A DNA stretch of 20,000 nt from IMG/VR virus record IMGVR_UViG_3300006737_000028; one strand, written 5' to 3'. Positions within the stretch are counted from its first letter, which is position 1. The number at the start of each line of letters is the position of its first letter. Positions 16,732-20,000 of this stretch are shown piece after piece. This stretch comes from an uncultured virus (IMG/VR IMGVR_UViG_3300006737_000028). Taxonomy: Duplodnaviria > Heunggongvirae > Uroviricota > Caudoviricetes. The translations under genes and the position numbers were made by a program. Below the pieces are notes generated by a model, which searched no databases, was not told the DNA's origin, and worked only from the letters and a program-made list of their open reading frames with translations.

Positions 16732-17057
16732 TTAGAAGACACTATGTTGATGGTAGACAAGACTACATCAATCTCATTCCACTTCTCAGGTGGTTTGATA
16801 AGACGAGAAGACAAACTAAAAAGGTTCCAATCGGGGAACTCAAAATAAAAGAAGGCGAACTGGATCAATCAAGAGTAAACAAGTCAGACACGAAGTTTCC
16901 TCTGATCGCAGTAGATGGACTAGACAAAGAAAAAAGATACACATTGATTGATGGAAGACACAGACTTCAGAAGTTGATTCGCCAAAACAAGCAAGTTTGT
17001 AATTGCTACATACTCACAGTAGGCGAGTATAGATCCATGATCACAACGGGAGAGTAG
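16728..17057 (+). CDS. Small ParB/sulfiredoxin-like domain protein
   Basis: FPLIAV......YTLIDGRHRL.K signature of the ParB-N/Srx fold. 109 aa with no HTH. The GTG start overlaps the upstream TGA (GTGA). Confidence 0.75.
   Translation: MIRRHYVDGRQDYINLIPLLRWFDKTRRQTKKVPIGELKIKEGELDQSRVNKSDTKFPLIAVDGLDKEKRYTLIDGRHRLQKLIRQNKQVCNCYILTVGEYRSMITTGE
17006..17012 (+). promoter_or_regulatory. Putative late promoter variant CTACATA
   Basis: About 48 nt upstream of the fibre-like gene at 17060. Analogous to the cyanophage late motif CTAAATA. Confidence 0.4.
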
Positions 17058-17059
17058 GA

Positions 17060-19360
17060 ATGCCGGTAGGTGCAACAATCAGTCCACTCAATTTGAGTGA
17101 CACATTCCAGACTTGGTTCAATCGAACCAACGCTTTGATTACAGATGTCAATACGATTGATATCACCGGCATCACCCCATCTTCTGTCAACGAGGATGGG
17201 TTGACTTTTGACTTCAGTGGCACATCTGTTCAGATTGGTTTCCTAGGCGTTACCAACATGACGCAGGATATCGTCTTTGGTGGTCAGGTTACTTTCAGTA
17301 ACGTGCCAGAAGGCAGATTTGTAAACAGTGTAAACGGTTCAACTGGTGATGTTACAATCGTCGTTTCCGGTGTTGCTACTCAGGGATCATCCGCTGGTTC
17401 GGTTCCGATTTTCTCCAGCAGCGAAGCCCAGTTCACGGGCGTGCAGGTATACCCACAAATACTTTCAGAAGTAGATCACGTTTTTGGTGTTCTCGGCAGT
17501 TTCACCTCTGGTTTCTCGGGTGGTCAGACTACAGAATATACCAACTTCATCCAATATGCCACGGGTGGTGGTGCCGTCTTTGGTCTCGGACAGTCTGGTG
17601 GATCTGGTGGTGACATCACCGCTGACTATGAGTCTAACGCTCAGTTTGGTGAAGTAGAACTATATGGATTCACAGGCGCTCAGGTTGGTTTGTTCCAGCA
17701 ACACAGTGCCTATGGTATCTCTGGTCACGCTGCCAAGACTGGTGGTTTCTATATTCGCTACGGTGATATCGGTGGTGGTGCTGCATCTAATATGGGTGTG
17801 TTGTTCCGCTCAGGAAACACTCTTGGTGTTCAAGGAACACCTCTTATCGCTCTCAACCTAGAGAAAGATACAATCGCACTTGGATCTACAAGTGCCCTTG
17901 CTGCTGATGGTTTCTTCTCTCTCATCTCTCCAAGTGGCGACTTCAATAGAGACTATAACCCACTTACCATTCTTGGTGATGGACAGACATTTGCTATTCG
18001 TCATGGCAAGGCAGAAAATATTCTGGATGCGAAAGAACCTGTGCCTGGGTCTGAGTTTGGTCCCACATACGACACTCTCATACACGAACATCCTATCAAT
18101 TCTGGTTCTACGCATCATGAGAGAAATGAATTCACATCACTTCAGGGATTCAGAACCACTGGTAATGTCGTAGACCGAATTGCAGGTAAAGCAGGCTCAA
18201 ATATTGGCTTCGAAGTTCGCGGTTCTGACGGTTCCTTCTCCGTCATGTCAAACTTCGGTAGTTCTGCCGGTACTGGTGACGATACTCAGACAGACAGTGC
18301 TGATATCCAGCGAATCGCGTTGAATATTGACCAGAAGGGCAATGTGGTCATTGGTGGTAAGGACCGTGATGATGGTTTGCTCGGCGGACCCACAGGTCAC
18401 CAGTCATACTTCTTAGGTCTCGGCACTGCCGATGCACCTTGGGGTTATACCGCAGGTTATACAGGTAACGCGAACAACCTTGTGGGCGTGATGGCAGACA
18501 CCTCTGCTGTTCTCGACACATATCCAGACCACCAGTATGGTGTGACTTTCCAAGGATACCCAGATGGTTTCGGTACACTCAATATCGTGAGTGGTCGCCT
18601 TCACATCAAGGGTAGTGCCGGTAATACACAAGCATACATCGAAGGTAAGAATCAGTATCTATTCACCGATGGTGTCTCCTGTGAATGGAGAACATCTCCA
18701 GAAACAACCACGACCACTTTCATGTCGAGTTTTGGTGGTGGTGATGATAACGGTGAAATGGAAGTGTTGGAAGAGGGTGAACATGCTGCTGCGTACACTT
18801 CGGCGGTCGCGGCCGCGATGGTTCTGTCACGGAGAGCGACTCTGACATGTGACGATGGTGACGGTAATTTTGTTACAGGAAAAGCAAATATTACTCTCTC
18901 ATTGAGGGCCTTCTTGCAAACACTCAATGAAAACAATTGTACCAGTACGGGCATTGGACTATTCGTCTCGACGGACAAGGGAACAACTTTCACAGCGGTT
19001 GACGGTAGTGGATTTGGACAAGGCGAACCTTACGATGCAAGTTATCTTGCTGGTAAGATGCACGGTAGTGAGGCAATCGAGACATCCATAGAAGATGGTG
19101 TAGGTCTCAATTGTCGAAATTCTGGATTGAGTAGTTTTTCCAAGAGCGTCTTGCACGGTGGAATAGAAACCGTCAGTAACACACTCATGCACACAGTTGA
19201 TGTCCCCGCGAGTGGTGGATTGGTTGTAAAGATTGACATGTATCATTACACAACTACAGATATCGGCAGTGGCCTTCCGGGTACGTTCACATCGTCGCTT
19301 GACCAGGCGAACGACGAACCATTCAAGATGAGAGTAGATTTCGCAGGTAGTGACTTCTAA
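17060..19360 (+). CDS. Tail fibre-like structural protein
   Basis: N-terminal L.LSDTFQTWFNRTN.LI attachment-type motif seen in fibres of T4-like phages, VNSVNGSTGDVT fibre motif, LNIDQKGNVVIG beta-repeat, and Gly/Thr/Ser-rich composition. Confidence 0.7.
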   Translation: MPVGATISPLNLSDTFQTWFNRTNALITDVNTIDITGITPSSVNEDGLTFDFSGTSVQIGFLGVTNMTQDIVFGGQVTFSNVPEGRFVNSVNGSTGDVTIVVSGVATQGSSAGSVPIFSSSEAQFTGVQVYPQILSEVDHVFGVLGSFTSGFSGGQTTEYTNFIQYATGGGAVFGLGQSGGSGGDITADYESNAQFGEVELYGFTGAQVGLFQQHSAYGISGHAAKTGGFYIRYGDIGGGAASNMGVLFRSGNTLGVQGTPLIALNLEKDTIALGSTSALAADGFFSLISPSGDFNRDYNPLTILGDGQTFAIRHGKAENILDAKEPVPGSEFGPTYDTLIHEHPINSGSTHHERNEFTSLQGFRTTGNVVDRIAGKAGSNIGFEVRGSDGSFSVMSNFGSSAGTGDDTQTDSADIQRIALNIDQKGNVVIGGKDRDDGLLGGPTGHQSYFLGLGTADAPWGYTAGYTGNANNLVGVMADTSAVLDTYPDHQYGVTFQGYPDGFGTLNIVSGRLHIKGSAGNTQAYIEGKNQYLFTDGVSCEWRTSPETTTTTFMSSFGGGDDNGEMEVLEEGEHAAAYTSAVAAAMVLSRRATLTCDDGDGNFVTGKANITLSLRAFLQTLNENNCTSTGIGLFVSTDKGTTFTAVDGSGFGQGEPYDASYLAGKMHGSEAIETSIEDGVGLNCRNSGLSSFSKSVLHGGIETVSNTLMHTVDVPASGGLVVKIDMYHYTTTDIGSGLPGTFTSSLDQANDEPFKMRVDFAGSDF

Positions 19361-19380
19361 TAAAGGATAGGATGAAATAG

Positions 19381-20000
19381 ATGGCATTTACACTAGAACA
19401 CTATACCAACCTCGCTGGTGGTATCACACTGAACCGCTCTTTCTTGTTTACCGACGAGGGTGGTTTTATTGGCGTAACTCTACCTCTCGCAGCAACGGGT
19501 GATCAGATTACCGCAGGCGATGCCTTGGGCATTTCTCACGGTGAATTCTCAACAATTTTCACGAACTATGAAACCACTGCTGGATTCACTACCGCACACG
19601 CATTTGGTGGAAGCACTGCCAGTCCCTTCGATTCTTCTATGCTGTTCTTGCACTATGTGTCGAAAAAGCCGGTGATCACCACTGGTTCTGCGAAGCAAAC
19701 TAAAGGAACTCTAAGCACTGCTGGTAAACTCAAGCGTTCGGTTGCAGGTGCAACATTCAACCTACCGATAGACCCTCGTGCTGAAATTGTTCTTACGATG
19801 ACTGGTCCTGCTGGTGCTTTGACTGCTGGATTTACCTTTGGTGAAAGGGTATTTACTTTCGCAGACAACATCACAGGTGCGTCTGGTGCAAACGCTACAG
19901 GCCCGACTGGTATTACCGTCGAAGGCTTTGTGTCTAGGTGGGATCCCACTCAACTACAGTTGTTCTTGTTTGGTGTAGGAAGCACGCAAGATCTCGGTGC
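19381..20000 (+). CDS. Gly/Thr-rich structural (fibre-like) protein, 3'-truncated; absent from the ORF track
   Basis: ATG at 19381 after AAGGATAGGA. I translated it manually (MAFTLEHYTNLAGGITLNRSFLFTDEGGFIGVTLP...GPTGITVEGFVSRWDP...) and found no stop before the window end. Confidence 0.8.
   Translation, partial: MAFTLEHYTNLAGGITLNRSFLFTDEGGFIGVTLPLAATGDQITAGDALGISHGEFSTIFTNYETTAGFTTAHAFGGSTASPFDSSMLFLHYVSKKPVITTGSAKQTKGTLSTAGKLKRSVAGATFNLPIDPRAEIVLTMTGPAGALTAGFTFGERVFTFADNITGASGANATGPTGITVEGFVSRWDPTQLQLFLFGVGSTQDLG

Noticed and set aside
16728..17057. Plasmid/chromosome partition system (ParABS)
   Set aside because: Only the ParB-N/Srx-like domain is present; there is no HTH, ParA or parS-like palindrome.
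60..19953. Numerous other short minus-strand and off-frame ORFs in the track
   Set aside because: All overlap well-supported plus-strand genes and show no recognisable motifs.
1..20000. CRISPR arrays, tRNAs, introns/inteins, DGR repeats, Rho-independent terminators, stop-codon recoding
   Set aside because: Intergenic gaps are 30 nt or less, I saw no repeat arrays or hairpin-polyT, ORFs are intact under the standard code with TAA, TGA and TAG all used as stops, and no intein or homing-endonuclease motifs were seen.

Overview
The window is a tightly packed, all plus-strand late (virion structural) region of a large T4-like myophage with the marine/freshwater cyanophage/pelagiphage-type gene order. 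From left to right: a partial beta-helix (pectate-lyase-like) protein, a PAAR/gp5.4 spike tip, a Gly-rich hypothetical protein, a single-TM GAF-like protein resembling T4 holin T, baseplate wedge genes gp25-gp6-gp7-gp8, and a 2059-aa DUF4815/VrlC-like structural protein with an extra C-terminal fibre-tip-like domain. These are followed by a three-gene accessory cassette (tail-fibre chaperone-like, 2OG-Fe(II)/cupin-like, ParB/Srx-like) and two fibre-like genes, the last truncated. Most notable: the enzyme cassette embedded among fibre genes, the apparent absence of TTAA and AGCT, a TACATA variant of the T4 late promoter upstream of gene starts, pervasive G-x-T motifs in the virion proteins, and the holin-like gene inside the baseplate module. 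Family assignments come from recalled motifs and synteny, not from database searches.
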